Assembly (NCBI RefSeq): GCF_964194155.1
Contig: NC_135903.1
Span: 1,054,001-1,118,000 of the forward strand
Reading direction: 5' to 3'
Origin: Cetorhinus maximus
Taxonomy: Eukaryota
Length of the DNA stretch: 64,000 bases
The notes under the pieces were generated by a model. That model saw nothing but the letters and a program-made list of their open reading frames with translations, did not search any database and had not been told where the DNA came from. Made by a program: the position numbers and the translations under genes. Within the stretch, counting starts at the first letter, position 1. Every line of letters begins with the position of its first letter. Positions 49,493 to 62,670 of this stretch are shown here, piece by piece.

Positions 49493-49713
49493 GGGCAGAA
49501 TTTTACATCCTGCTGGTGGGCACGTGCCCAACCCGATTGGGCGTAAGATTGCGCGAGATGACGTCGGCCGAGTGTCCTGATGTCATCGCGCGATATTTTG
49601 CTCGGTGTTAATTGGCCAGCCAGCGTGAAATTGCGGTCGGGGGCCGATTGTGGTCGGGGGTCCATTTCCCAGCCGCTCCCGGGCCAACCTGCCAAGGTTA
49701 AAATTCAGGCCCC
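49493..49713. mobile_element. Short Harbinger-type MITE related to family 2
   Basis: Ends GGGCAGAATTTTAC / TTAAAATTCAGGCCCC; TSD TGA/TGA; left 110 bp resembles the reverse of 27430-27552. Confidence 0.78.
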
Positions 49714-50377
49714 TGATTTTGTGTCTCTTTTTTTCTCCAAATCTCTCCAGGAGAAGCATTTGACTTCCAATTTGTACCTCCCAGTGGATCATGGCTGGTG
49801 TAATGGTCCGTGTAAGGGAACCCACACCTCATTAATCCATTGCGCTAGAGCTTGATGTCCCCATTGACCGACTGTTGTATAATTTCTTCATTCAATTAAC
49901 AAGTAGGCTGTTTTTTAAGAATAAAGAAGTGCTAAATCAGGTTATATTATAGGGTGTGTGGTCAGTCCCTGGATTGTATGCAAGTGGACAGGTATATACA
50001 AATACAAATGGCATATACAGATACAGTCTGTTCAATATTTTAATATAACAGCTCTGGCAGGACATTGGCGATGTAACTCTTGGCATGAAACTGGTTAAAA
50101 AGAAACATTTCTTTACATAACTTTTCATTGTGCAATTGTTGATGGTGGAAACAGAATTTTAACAGTTCTACCAAGTCTTGCTAATTAAAGGAACACCATT
50201 TCCTTGCCATTTAATTGTTTAGTGTTTTGTTTTTAAGTTACTATAATTTGATGGGCTGTAAGAATTAATAGCCCTCCAAAGCATTACTTTACTGAGTGCA
50301 GACTATGGTCTAGAACCCTGGTCAAATCTGAACAGGATAAAAAAATTTCACTTAACAGGAACGATATTGGTAAAAGC

Positions 50378-50822
50378 ATCAGCTGTGGCTCAGTTGGTAG
50401 CATACTCATCTCTACTCAGTAGGTTCCAGGTTCGGGTCCCAGGACTGGAGCATGAAAATCAAGGCTGACACTCCAGTGCAGTATTGAGGGAGTGCTGCAC
50501 TGCTGGAGCTGTCATCTTTCAGATGAGCTGTTAAACCAATGCCCTCTCAGAGGTAAAAACTCCCATGGCAATATTTCAAAGAAGAGCAGAGGAGTTAATC
50601 CTGGGGGCTTGGCCAATATTTACCGCTCAATCAACATCACTACAGCAAATTATCCATCAATATCACATTGCTGTTTGTGGGAGCTTGCTGTCTGCATATT
50701 GCTGCTGTGTTTCCTACATTACAGCAGTGACTACACCACAAAAAGCACTTCTTTGGTTGTAAAGTGCTTGAGATGTCTGGTGGTTGTGAAAAGTGTTATA
50801 TGAAATGCAAGCTTTTCTTTTT
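50378..50822 (+). mobile_element. Deu-domain (SacSINE1-like) tRNA-derived SINE, full length
   Basis: A box TGGCTCAGTTGG, B box GGTTCGGGTCC, core GCTGACACTCCAGTGCAGTATTGAGGGAGTGCTGCACTG, tail GTGAAAAGTGTTATATGAAATGCAAG. Confidence 0.85.
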
Positions 50823-50849
50823 AAGTCGTTTGGTAGTACAGAGCTTGAC

Positions 50850-51278
50850 TATTGCTGAAAAAAGAGACGTCTAAGTTTTTTGTCTTGCATTCACCAGGAT
50901 ACTTGCAAGAATACCAATATAAGGGGGAAAACAACAATTTATACTGTATGTGAAGAGAGTGCTAATTGGTTGGCAAGTAGTGTTGCCATGGAGAATGCAC
51001 CACTAACGGCAACTGACAGTTAACTGCCAAGCATTGTTTGACATTTAAACCAGGCAGCTTGACCCTGATTGGTGAAGGCATTGCCCTGAGGAATGAGTTA
51101 GTGAATGCCTGTCACTTATTTTGTTTAGCTGAAACAGGCGCAATGTATGTACATATTCCTTCTGTCTGCAAAGAGCAGGCCCTAGTATATTAAATTATGC
51201 AGCTTCCTGTACACACAAATACACCACATTGTGAGCCCGATGGACAATCTTAAATTGGCTCTCAACATAAGTTTTAGC
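50850..51278 (-). mobile_element. 3' end of a second, distinct Penelope-like family
   Basis: Minus strand encodes QFKIVHRAHNVVYLCVQEAA*FNILGPALCRQKEYVHTLRLF (resembles a GIY-YIG C-terminus), followed by a decayed hammerhead-like core at 50897-50865. Confidence 0.65.
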
Positions 51279-52019
51279 CTTTCTTTTTAACAGAGATGGT
51301 TATTAACGTAAGATGGTTTTGAATTTTCTCTTTTGAGAACAGAGTGAGCTGTTTAGTGTGCATTGCATTGTCCATCAGTGTATTTGTTTCACTGCATAGG
51401 ACTGCAGCCTAATCAAGAAATCACCTTTGGAAACACATTACCCTTTCTATAGGAGCAGTGCTGAATCACAAACTGTTAGCATGTCCCTTGAAGCCCTAAC
51501 GAGAATTTCTAGATGATTGTCTTCGATGGATCTTTTTTCTGTCTTGAACATATTGTTCTCCTATCTCTATATAAAAAAAATTAGGAATGTCACACTTTGC
51601 AGTTGTAATTTGATGTTTTTAAAAGCAGATGAAAATTGCAAAAAAAATAATATTCCACTATTGTTCTTATGTGGAGCAGAACCAAGCAGCGGCTAGTCTA
51701 AAGAAACTTGTAGCCTCTGGTTGACCTCCAGACTGATTTAGAACACTTACCTATGTGGACCATCTGAGAAAATGGCTTAAAAAAGACAGGTTAGTAGATA
51801 AACATCGCCACTGTGGTTGAAACCTTAGACTATCTGCATAATTTCAGCAGCATCTAGTTAGTGTAAATAACCCCGGTACAGTTTAGCTGTTTACTTTATG
51901 AAAGCCTCAAATCTTCCATTAAGGTGAGGCATGCCTCCATTTTGAAATGCATGCTGGACGCTACACAGATGGGAGTGCTAAAACAGCATGGATTTTGGCA
52001 CTTTTTAATGACTTCCCTG

Positions 52020-52250
52020 AATGTGGGTGGTTCTAAGGCCACGTTTATTGTCTATCCATTGCCGCACTGAGAAGATAGGGTTGGCTGCCTCCTAGAAGCA
52101 CTGCAATTCTTCATTGTGTCTGGGGGGGGATTCCAGGATTTTGACCTAGTTCCAAAGAAGGATATTGTCTATGCCCAAGTGAGGATAATGTTTGAGAAAC
52201 TTGGAGGTAATGGTTTCCGTGACGTTACAGCTTCTTAGTCCTTTCAAGGT
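52020..52250 (-). mobile_element. Diverged LINE family A 3' end
   Basis: ATGTGGG...AAGGCCACGTTTATTG...TTCCAGGATTTTGACC, as in 5655-5880. Confidence 0.6.
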
Positions 52251-52684
52251 TGGAAAACCAAGATTTTTCCAGACTTTTCCTTGGAACTCAGCTCTCCTCT
52301 GCTAAGGACTTTGCTCTTTTCTGAGTGATCTTTGAGGGTTCCAATGTCTTGAGTCTCTGAGCAGAATGAGACATAGTACGCAAGATGTAAGCATGTGGCC
52401 ACATGTGGTCATGAACTCTCATTAAAATGATGAACAGCTATTTTCAGTGCTTCAGTGCTAAGCAAAATCATTATGCCTGGACATTGCACCAAACAACAAC
52501 TGACCAAAATTTGGAAAGACATTTTACAACCTTGTGGAAGATCATTAACTCGCTGCATGGGGAGTAAAACTAGTATTGAGGATCTGCCACTCATTATAGA
52601 ATTAACCTGAATTTCATTTCTGTTGATGTTCCAGTGGTAATGAAAATTGGGCAGTTTGCATAGCAGACAACTGATCCTCATTCA

Positions 52685-52783
52685 ATAAAAACAAAAATAC
52701 CTGGAGAAACTCAGCAGGTCTGACAGCATCTGCGGAGAGGAACACAGTTAACGTTTCGAGTCCAAATGACTCTTCATCAGCTG
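52685..52783 (-). mobile_element. Isolated Penelope terminal-repeat fragment with intact hammerhead core
   Basis: Minus strand CTGATGA-A-GAGTC-ATTTG-GACTC-GAAAC-GTTAAC-TGTGTT; matches 15488-15585. Confidence 0.82.
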
Positions 52784-52824
52784 GTTAATAATCTCCCCTT
52801 TATTTCTGAGTTGTTTAGCAGAAA

Positions 52825-53310
52825 GTAGCTTGTATTTCTATAGGGCTTTTTATGACCTAAGGACACCCCAAAGCACTTCACTTCACTCTTTGAAGTATAG
52901 TCTCTGCTGTAGTGGAGGTCAGTTAGCTCAGTTGGCTAGATGACTACGGTGTGGTACTGAATGATACCAATGGTGTGGTTCATTCCCCATATCAGCTGTG
53001 GCAGTCCATGGAGGGTCACCTCCTTGTCTCCCCCCATGCTTGATTTAGAGTGATCCCCCTCATAGAGTGATGCCTACGGGCCCCCCTGGCCTATGGTTAA
53101 TTAACCTTACCTTATTACTGTTGGAAACATAGCAGCCAATTTCCACACAGCATAGTCCCACGATAGCAATGAGATAAAGGATGAGATCGTCTGTTTCAGT
53201 GATGCTGGTTGAGAGAGAAACATTGACCAAGATACTGAGGAGAGCTCCCCTACTCTCCTTCATGTGCCATAGGATTTTTAGGCCTACCTGAGAGGGCAGT
53301 CAGGACCTTC
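52825..53310 (-). mobile_element. Deu-domain SINE 3' half interrupted by another tRNA-like SINE fragment (about 52915-53100, plus strand)
   Basis: Tail 52825-52910 resumes near 53120; the insert begins GTCAGTTAGCTCAGTTGG (A-box-like). Confidence 0.6.
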
Positions 53311-53534
53311 ACTTCTCAATATTTACCAATGGTCATTATAAGTGGTTTAATATTTGTACAGGCAAGCTAATATTTGAAGACATGCTAATATTTGCAGGGT
53401 TTCCCTGATGCACAAAGATTTGAAGACCATTATATTAGGTAATCTCAACATTCTGCTGTTGATAAGCTTGGTCTATTACTGTCTTCACCCCCAAATGATC
53501 TTTAACACCACTTCGGGGTGATGTACGCAACGTT

Positions 53535-54215
53535 ATGAACATAGGAACATAGGAGCAGGAGTAGGCCATTCAGCCCATCGAACCTGTTCTGCCATTCAAT
53601 ACGAACATGGTTGATCAACCACTTCAATGCCTTTTCCCACATTATCCCCATATCCCTTTATGTCATTGGCATTTAGAAATCTGTCAATCTCTACCTTAAA
53701 CATGACTGAGCTTCCACAGCCCTCTGGGGTAGAGAATTCCAAAGATTCACAACCCTCTGAGTAAAAATATTTCTCCTCCTCTCAGTCCTAAGTAGCTTCC
53801 CCCTTATTTTGAAATTGTGTCCTCTGGTTCCAGACTCCTCATCAAGGGGAAACATCTTACCTGCATCTACCCTGTCTATCCCTTTAGGTATTTCGTAGGT
53901 TTCAATGAGATCACTTCTCATTCTTTGAAACCCTAGAGAATAGAGGCCCAGTTTGCCCAGTTTCTCTTCATAGGACAGTTCCCCCATCCTGAGAACAAGT
54001 CTGTCGAACCTTCGTTGCACTCCCTCAATGTCAATAATATCTTTCCCAAGGTAAGGGGACCGAAACTGCACACACTACTCCAGGTGCAGTCTAACTAAGG
54101 TTCTATACAATTGAAGCAAGACTTCACTACTCCTGTACTCAAGCCCTCTTGCAATAAAGGCTAACATTCCATTAGCCTTCCTAATTGCCTGCTGCACCTG
54201 CATGTTAGCCTTCAG
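53535..54215 (-). mobile_element. CR1 LINE 3' fragment
   Basis: ORF 53691-54071: EGVQRRF, LSYEEKL, TRGH, FTQRVVNLWNSLP; tail GAACATAGGAACATAGG. Confidence 0.92.
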
Positions 54216-55037
54216 TTTGAAAGTTTGTGTTCTTGAAGAGAAGAGATACACATACCAATAGCTTTTAATTTATTCTACTTATTTTCCCAACTAACTGCAT
54301 CAACTTGAGTGGGAAATGTGGGGGGTCCCTTCACTGAAATGTAAGGACCTCTTGCATTGCCCCAGTGAAATCAGCTCAAAGGTATTCAGATGAATGCAAA
54401 GTGGATCTCACTGACTCCGTTTGAGGAAATAGTGACTTTTACCATTTTGTGTGAGTTTGCAAACAGTCACCTATGGACCACATTAAGTCCTGAAACCTGA
54501 TTAAAATTTGAACTTGAGACACGCAATAGGAACATTAACTTCAAAATGATGACTCATATGTGCACCCATCCAGCTTTGGACACCGAGTCTACACCGTTGC
54601 TTAAATAGATGCATTTTCTTATTCTTTTGAATTTAAAATAGAAAACTTTCTTCACCCCAAAGTTCATTCCTCCCCAACTCTCTGACTGGGACAGACTCCT
54701 TGCTATAGTACAGTATGATGGATACTGGTCAATTGGCTGTTATTCTTGTCTGAACCTTGAAAGGGAGGAATGCCTAGACATCTTTACTGGGGTTCCTTGA
54801 TATCACCAGTTAGTGTTTGAGTACCACCAGAGATGGGTGATTGTGGGTACCAATATAAGAAGCAGGCAGTGAACAGTAATAACAATTGCAATGTCTTAAC
54901 ACCTCCACAATGTGACATTAACAAATTCATCTAAATAAATATAACATTAATTTAAAGAGAAGGAAAACTGAATTATTTACTTTGTCCTCAGGCCAACATT
55001 GAAATGAAACCACAGTAAACAGCGGAGTTCCTTTATT

Positions 55038-55205
55038 ATAAAAGCAAAATACTGTGGATGCTGGAAATCTGAAATAAAAACAGAAGGCGCGGGAAAAACT
55101 CAGCATGTCTGACAGCATCTGTGGAGAGAGAAACAGTTAGCATTTTGAGTCCGCGTGACTCTTTTTCAGAGCTCTGTTTTTCCAGCACTCTCTGTTTTTA
55201 TTTCA
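55038..55205. mobile_element. Fold-back Penelope terminal-repeat mini-insertion
   Basis: TSD GAGTTCCTTTATT / GAGTCTCTTTATT (11/13); short inverted arm 55176-55205; degenerate hammerhead core with helix II GAGTC/GACTC. Confidence 0.82.
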
Positions 55206-55864
55206 GAGTCTCTTTATTGGTTTCATTCTAAGGTTTTGCTTTGAATATGTTGTCTAGTACTCTTTGCTTTTGTGATTTTATATTACCTGACCTTGAAAGA
55301 AAAAAAATGACAGCATGGGTTAACTGGAGAAGATTTGTAATCAATGACAAAGACTTTTTTGTAAAGGTGTCCTCGCAACATCTAAATTAGGGATTTTATG
55401 AATTCGCTGTTGAGCAATATTATCAGCGAATTAAGGTAGAGCTACAAAGAATATTATCATACACTTCAGGAGATTTCCCAGTGTTTACCCAACTAAGAGG
55501 ATGAGTCAGCAGCCTGGGGCTAAGTCATGTGGCCTGACCCTAGAAGGACCCATCAACAGCCTTGGGATTCTCCGTTTGAGATTCCTTAAGGCTGGTTGGG
55601 GGTTGGTGGTGATGGAATGGCCTCTGCCCAGTACCACCATCTTACAGAATAACAGGAACCTGGAACTGCTAGTGTGGGAATCATTGCCAAGTACTTCTAC
55701 TGCAACATTCTGGGGCGCTTATTGTGCCCCAAACTACTATTCCACCATGTTGCTCAGAATTTACAGTTACTATAAACTTGTGTTTTGTGGTATTTCACCA
55801 TTCAGATGACATAATTTATTCTAAGAAGGGTCCTTTGGTGAAAACTGGGAATATTTTGAAATGA

Positions 55865-56550
55865 TTTTTAAAATGTATTCTTTCACGTGATGTGGGCACC
55901 ACTGGCTAGGCCAGCATTAATTGCCCACCCTTAATTCCCTTGAGAAGCTGGTGGTGAGCTGCCTTCTTGAACCATTGCAGCCCATGTGGTGTAGGTACAC
56001 CCACAGTGCTATTAGGAGGGGAGCGCCAAGATTTTGACCCATTGACAGATGGAACGGCGATATAGTTCCAAGTCAGGATGATGTGTCGCTTGGAAAGGAA
56101 CTTGCAGGCGGTGGTGTTCCCATGCATCTGCTGCCATCATTAGTAAACATCCCCACTTTTGACCTTATGATGGAAGGAAGGTCATTGATGAAGTAGCTGA
56201 AGATGGCTGGGCCAAGGACACTACCCTGAGGAACTCCTGCGGTGGTGTCCTGGGACTGATGTGATTGACCTTCAACAACCACAACTATCTTCCTTTGTGT
56301 TAAAATTGACTCCAACCAGCAGAGAGTTTTCCCCCAACTCTCATTGACTCCAGTTTTGCTCGGGCTCCTTCATGCCACACTGGGTCAAATGCACTTTCAC
56401 CTCACCTCTGCACTTCAGCTGTTTTGTCCACATTTGGACCAAGGCTGTAATGAGGTCAGGAGCTGAGTGGCCCTGGCAGAACACAAACTGAGCATCAGTG
56501 AGCAGGTTATTGGAGTAAGTGCTGCTTGATAGCACTGTCGACAACATCTT
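55865..56550 (-). mobile_element. LINE family A fragment: RT core fused to the 3' end
   Basis: LLTDAQFVF, GVPQGSVLGP, FINDLP, MFTND, then a jump near 56135 to the 3' end matching 5640-5900. Confidence 0.88.
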
Positions 56551-57689
56551 CCAGCACTCTGATGATTTTGTGATGATTATCACTTTGAATAATGAAGGGT
56601 TTATGATGATCTCATCATAACTCAGGAGTCCATGTTAGGATTTAAATGAACTGATAAAACTGTTTTTTTTTTATTAACTGAAGATTTATATTCTGCAGTA
56701 CAGTGGAGGGTTATAAAAAGTGAGGAACTCTGTGGTCAGTGGGTAAATGTATGAGCAGCTTTTATGACTCTTTGACATGTTTACAATACTTAGGAGACCT
56801 GATAGCCATTAATGGGAATGTTTATTTCAATGCATCAGGTTGTAAAATAAAATTATTCAGCAGAATCCTCCTCACTACATTCTGATCCTTGTCGCTTTTG
56901 CACCCATTAGTGTGCTGCATATCACAAGACGATGATGACCGGCCCCTAGTGGGTTCAAAGATTTAATCGAATCATCTAGGACTGACTGTGCATTATATTT
57001 CTTTTCCTGAGTGTTCAGAAAAGCCTTTTAATGAGGAACCAAACTCAGTGGTATAGTATGCTTCGCATGAAATGACTCACATTTTTCCCCCCATTTAATT
57101 ATTGTGATCTTTGCTCAGCTGTCTCTTATCTGTGTCTGTGGCACACTCTGTACTGATCATTAATGTCATAAAAATAACTGGGTTGTAGATCACGGGACGG
57201 GGAGTGCTTGCAAGTCCTCATAACCATTATGGACAGAAACATTGAAGATTTAAAAGTTTGATTGGGCAAATTTTTTAAAAATCTATTAATTTTCAAGTGG
57301 AGTGATTCTTGCAGAAAAAGAGCATTCGTTTGGATTGCAATAATAATTTGAGAGCACTTGCTGTTTATTTTTAAAAGATGGATTCAGTTTATCAAAGACT
57401 TGTTGATTATGGTCACCATCTGTGTTATCTGTCTGCAATTATTGCACTTAATGTACTTGCCCGAATTGGCTGAACACTTACCACCCTTGATCTCTGTAAC
57501 GCCCCAAGCCTCAAACCATCTCTCGTGTACTTAATTTCTGTAACTGTACCCATTTATAACTAACAACAGTGCCGTGTTGAAGTGTGTGTTACATTATCTG
57601 ACTTAATTAGTCCTCTTGGGTTTCATTACGTTGGGTAACTGATAGAGCTGTGAATTCAGAATTCTTGTGTAAGTCCGCCCAATGACTTA

Positions 57690-58130
57690 GCATCGTACAG
57701 CACAGAAGGAGACAATGCGGCCCATTGCATGTCTTTGAAAGTTACCCCAAACCTCTGTTTTTGTTTCCCCTTAGCCCTGCAAATTTCTCCTTTTCATGTG
57801 TACATCCGATCCCCCTTTTTTTTGAAAGTTTAGATTAAATCTGCTTCCACCGCCCCTTCATGCTGTGCATTCCAGATCATTCTCATAACCGCTCGCTGAA
57901 TAAAAAAAATTCTCCTTATTCTCCCCCACCCTGGATTTTTTTTCCAATTATCTTAAATCTATGTCCTCTGATTATCAAGCCTCCAACAGTTGAAACCTTT
58001 CCACCTATCTCCTTTATCATTACTGCTCGTAATTTTGAACAACTCAATTAAAGCTGCCCTTAACCTTCTGTACTCTAAGGAGAACGATCCCAGGTTCTCT
58101 CATATCTCCACATTGAAGCCCCACATCCCT
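57690..58130 (-). mobile_element. CR1 LINE 3' fragment (diverged)
   Basis: TCTTAAATCTATGTCCTCTGATT (reverse: IRGHRFK); 3' UTR GTACAGCACAGAAGGAG. Confidence 0.7.
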
Positions 58131-58254
58131 AATTCACAATTAAATAATAAAACTAATAGTAAAGGTTTTGTGCAAGAAATCGCTCTACAAAACAGATCGA
58201 TAGCACTGTCAAAATATCAGCATATTGTATGGTCCAATTCCACTCCAGGGCATG

Positions 58255-58600
58255 AGCATATAATCTAGGGTTGACACAGTAACTCAGTGCAGAAGGAGTA
58301 CTGCATTGTTGAAGGTGCCACCTTTGGAATGAACTGTTAAACTAAGATTAATACCTTCATGTTCAGGTAGATTTTTTATATTCATTTGTGGGATGTGGGC
58401 CAGCATGTAATGTCCATCCCTAAATGCCCTTGAGAAGTTGGTGGTGAGTTGCAGGGAGTTCTCCAGGTTCATAGCCACCATTGCTCCCGCGACCATCCCC
58501 CAACAACAAATGACCTAGTCATTCATCTTACTGCTGTTTCTGGGATCTTGGTATGTTCAAAATAGTGGCTGCATTTTCAGAAATTCAGTTGTGCATGAAG
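58255..58600 (+). mobile_element. Diverged Deu-domain SINE containing a LINE family A tail (about 58372-58452)
   Basis: AGCATATAATCTAGGGTTGACAC...CAGTGCAG...GTACTGCATTGT core; the tail resumes after the insert. Confidence 0.55.
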
Positions 58601-58774
58601 ATTTTTATAAATACTTTCTCAGAATATGGGTGTCACTGGCAAGTCAGCATTTGCCTCCACCCTAGTTGCCATAGGGATGATGATGAAGAGCCGTCTTGAA
58701 CAGCTAGCGAAGGTGGTCTCATAATGTCACAAAGTTCTGGGATTTTGGCCCAGTGACAATGAAAGAATAGCAAA

Positions 58775-59645
58775 GCATTAGGAACAATGTATATCTTTAA
58801 GTTTAATTTACATTTGTATTTGTGTGTCGAGAAAGGTGGAACATGGTTCTAGTTTCATTTAGAGTTTTTGTTGATGAGCGTGGTGCCCAGAAGACTGGAG
58901 GCCTTGTTTGTATACCTGCATTTTTAATGAGCTTTTACAACCCTTGAAGTGAAGAGAAGGGTTACAAAGGCATTAGTAGCTTAGTGAATTTAGAAAAAAA
59001 CAAAGTGGAAAAAAGTGTGCTGTTGCCAAGCAACAGGGGTCCTGGGACACACACAGACACGTGGAAGGACCGAAGGGCAGTTCAGTCAGTGCGTATATGC
59101 CAAAGAGTCAAGGCAGAAGTTCTAAACTCTCTGGTAAGAAATCCTGCAAGACTGCAGGGGTTTAGGGAACTCCTTTGTTCACCCTGAAGTTGAAGTAATA
59201 GTGAGTTCAGATTGTGCTTTTTTTGGGGGGGGGTATTTCTGGGAGAGGTATCAGCTGGGGAAAAGCTTCTAGTGAATGCTCAGAAGTCCACCAGAAGAAG
59301 ACCATTTGCACTGAGCCAGCCCAAATAAGAAGCCTTGGTGCTGAGATGGTAGGAAACCTTCCCTGAGGTTTTGTGTCTGTAAGGGTATTGCTAGGATAAA
59401 AGGAACAGTGTGAGTTTGAATCATTTTTCTGGTGTTTGTTTTGAAATCCTTCCAACCTTTCTGTCTAGTGTAATAAAGTTCATTTTTCTTGTTTAATAAA
59501 CATTTTATTCTTTGTGGTAAAAGTACACTGGAAGATTCTTGTGAATGTGTTCAGTAACTGACCTCCAAAAAGTTAGGATCTATCAAGCCAAGTTTCATTC
59601 TGGGATCTGACTTGTACAGTATTACCATTAGCTGGGATAGTCAAA
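58775..59645 (+). mobile_element. LTR-like insertion within a LINE family A fragment
   Basis: LINE A similarity stops near 58770 and resumes near 59655; the insert has two AATAAA (59472, 59495); TG...CA ends and TSD not resolved. Confidence 0.4.
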
Positions 59646-59949
59646 AAAAGTGCGTAAGGATCAGGATGACCTGGAGGGGAGCTCTGAGCTGATGGTGCTT
59701 CCATGTACCAGCTGCCCTTGTTCTTTTAGATGGTGAGGTTGTGGTTTGGGAGGAGCTAGCAAAAAAGCATTGGTGACTTGCTGCAGTACAGCCTGTAGAC
59801 AGGACCTACTGCAGCCATGGCATGCTGGCAGTGAATGAAATGGATATTTAAGTGCTTCTGCGATGCTCCTGAGAGATGCTTTGCTCTTTCAAAGAGCCAA
59901 CGCTGGCATGATGGGCCAAATGCCCTCCTTTTGTGCTGTAAGATGCTAT

Positions 59950-60120
59950 GGCTGGGATTTACTGCTCCAGGCCTGTGGTGGGGGGCTGGAAGCGAGGATG
60001 TTGGCCGCCGCGGCTCCCAGTGGGAAATCACGTGATGCTGGGCTGATTAGTTATGCAGCCGGGGATTTCCCGACGATGTTCGAGCGGGCACACCCCCAAC
60101 CCCCACATCATATCTGGGCA
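59950..60120. mobile_element. Probable Harbinger-type MITE end truncated by a Penelope insertion
   Basis: Starts GGCTGGGATTTAC; CpG-rich; no second TIR. Confidence 0.35.
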
Positions 60121-60124
60121 CCCA

Positions 60125-60562
60125 ATCCGGGTGGGGTGAAGGAATCGAAAAACGCTAAAAGGTAGAGATAAAACAATGGATAGAAATACATTTAAAAATA
60201 ATGAAAATAGGTGGGAAAAGAAAAATCTATATAAATTATTGAAAAAAACAAAAAGGAGGGGGAAAAATCAGAAAGGGGGTGGGGATGGAGGAGACAGTTC
60301 ATGATGTAAAGTTGTTGAACTCAATATTCAGTCCGGAAGGCTGTAAAGTGCCTAGTCGGAAGATGAGGTGCTGTTCCTCCAGTTTGTGTTGAGCTTCACT
60401 GGAACAATGCAGCAAGCCAAGGACGGACATGTGGGCAAGAGGGCAGGGTGGTGTGTTGAAATGTCAAGCGACAGGGAGGTCTGGGTAATGCTTGCGGACA
60501 GACCGAAGGTGTTCTGCAAAGCGGTCACCCAGTTTGCGTTTGGTCTCTCCAATGTAGAGGAA
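60125..60562 (-). mobile_element. Penelope fragment (GIY-YIG C-terminus and 3' UTR)
   Basis: Closely matches 15830-16243; LYIGETKRKLGDRFAEH...PSGLN. Confidence 0.9.
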
Positions 60563-60849
60563 ACTGCAACTTCATATAATGGGAAAACCTCTGCAGTGTG
60601 ATGGCACTTGAGTCAACAAGCTAAGTGTGCACAGAGGTGCTGTGAGGGGAGAAATAAACTAGGAAAACAGTCATGATGCAGTCAGTCATGAGTTTAGAAA
60701 GGTATGAAGTGTTCACTAATGTATCAAGTTAACTTAAACTGCTCTGTTCTCATTGTTCCACTTAAGTGCAGTATAACACTGAGTTTACCTTTTCTCTTTC
60801 CACAATCTCTTTACCTAATTTATCTGTTTTCTTTAACTTGCTCTCTTCC

Positions 60850-61205
60850 TGAAGGTGCTGAACCTAGATATGATTCCGCAGACACAGAGTTCTGATGCCT
60901 CTCACAAGCATCCATTCATCATATGCACTAGCAGAGCGTGTTGGTGTGCTCTCTGGCTGTGCAAAGCATCACAAGCCTGCCCTTGCCCCATGCCTGAACG
61001 CATTCACTTGCCAGCGAACAGCAATCAGGATAGTGACCCCTTCTGAGTTACTTGTGCTCTCTATCCCAGGGCACTGAGGCCAATTGTGAAGCCTGTGCCA
61101 TATGTCCGGCTGAGATCAGCTAACTGTGCACGGACCGTACATGGAAACAGGGCCTTCCTCGTCTGAATGATTCAGCTGTTCACCCTTTTAAACGAAGTGA
61201 GCTTT
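60850..61205 (-). mobile_element. Old SINE-like repeat
   Basis: Minus strand ...AGTTAGCTGATCTCAGCCGG...CAATTGGCCTCAGTGCCCTGGG shows weak similarity to 34450-34790. Confidence 0.35.
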
Positions 61206-62670
61206 TGGGAGCTCTATGAATATTGCCTTGCCCATAAAACGCAACCTTCAGTATTTGTCTGTTAGAAAAGAGCAAGATTTGAATACGTGTGAAGGTAACA
61301 TGGAGCCTCCCACATTTACAGCTTTGTTTTATATAATGAAATAAACAGTGACTGTTTTTTTTAAGCTGGAGACAAAATAATTAGGGTAGAGTCACAGCCT
61401 TTCACCATTTGATGCTTGGAATAAAGGGCCGATTATATTTGCAATGATCAGCTTTGACAGTAACTCTGTGGGAACTGAATTCACTTCCTGAATTTTAACC
61501 AAGTTCATATGTCCAGCTACATGAGAGAGGAACCAGTCTGGTTGCTTAGCAAATGAAAGATTGCTGCATGGTCAGTATGGTTTCATGATTGTGAGGTAAT
61601 TCCACTGTTGTGGGGGGTGGTGAAAGAAAATAAAAATTAAATAGCTTCTCCTGTTAGCGCTAATAAAATTGCAGCTAATAAAATTGGGAATTAGAGCACC
61701 AGTTCCTTTTTATGTTTTTTTTAAATAGTAAATTCCAGTCAATGCCTGAAGCTAGTTCTTCAATATGGATTACACTGAAAGAACTGAGGGAAGGTCTCGG
61801 TCTGGGGTAAACTGGAGAATACCAATTGGATTCAAAGTTGGAACCAGATCAGACAATGTAGAAGGAACACTTTATACAAGTGTATAGCTGGTGTTCTCTA
61901 ACTCAGGATTACCATCACTTTCAAAAGCAGTTTATAAACACCCATTCTGAAGTGGACCAGATGCAGTTTTTCTTTTGCGGTTATTGCCGGACTCCCTGCT
62001 TTTAGGACACACTGGTCCTGATCCAAAAGCTTTCCTCATGCATTTGAGATGCTTTAGACACTGTTAATAAATAGCATTCCCAATATTCAGATTAAACAGT
62101 GAGGGCAGAGTGACTGTGTGATCTGACCTGAGGGTTTCACAGAGGTAGAGCAGTGTGTCAGCCATAAAGACGTTTTGCAATACAACCATTGCAAAGATGT
62201 CCATGAGCCCAGCCAAAACAACTGTTTCCATATAAATATGAGCATTAGTATTAGTGCAGTGTATGGATAATGAAACCAAGCGACCTGCTTTGATCTATTT
62301 TAAATTCAATTAGTGACTATTTCGATTGGAGTCCTGTGTTATGGGGCTATGTGCTGATGTTGATGCCCTACACAAGCCACCTCCCACCTTGCTTCATCTC
62401 ACCGAATTAACTTATTAAAATTCAGGTGTAGATTAAACCCATGCTCTTTCAGTTAATGGTGGCTTGCCTTTCCAAAATAAATTAAACATAAAAGGTAAAT
62501 AGAAAATAAAAAAGGATAATTGTCTCTTGGTATGGTTTTCCTGGGGTTAAACCTGAGCAACAATGTACTAATTGCCAATTAAGGCCAGCTTTACAGCTAC
62601 ACCACAAACCTTATTGATAAATGGTAAACTGCAACTAGGTCAATGTTTTGGAGTTTATACCTGTACTGTC

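Noticed and set aside
50378-50450. tRNA genes (also near 1200, 10350, 19800, 44660, 45430, 52920, 62890)
   Set aside because: A/B-box-like motifs are present but are degenerate and mostly continue into SINE bodies; no intact cloverleaf seen.
60780-60895. Polypyrimidine tract plus AG at about 60854 as the next exon for the 18076 candidate
   Set aside because: In phase 1 it stops after about 13 codons, and the tract appears to be the reverse of a purine-rich repeat tail.
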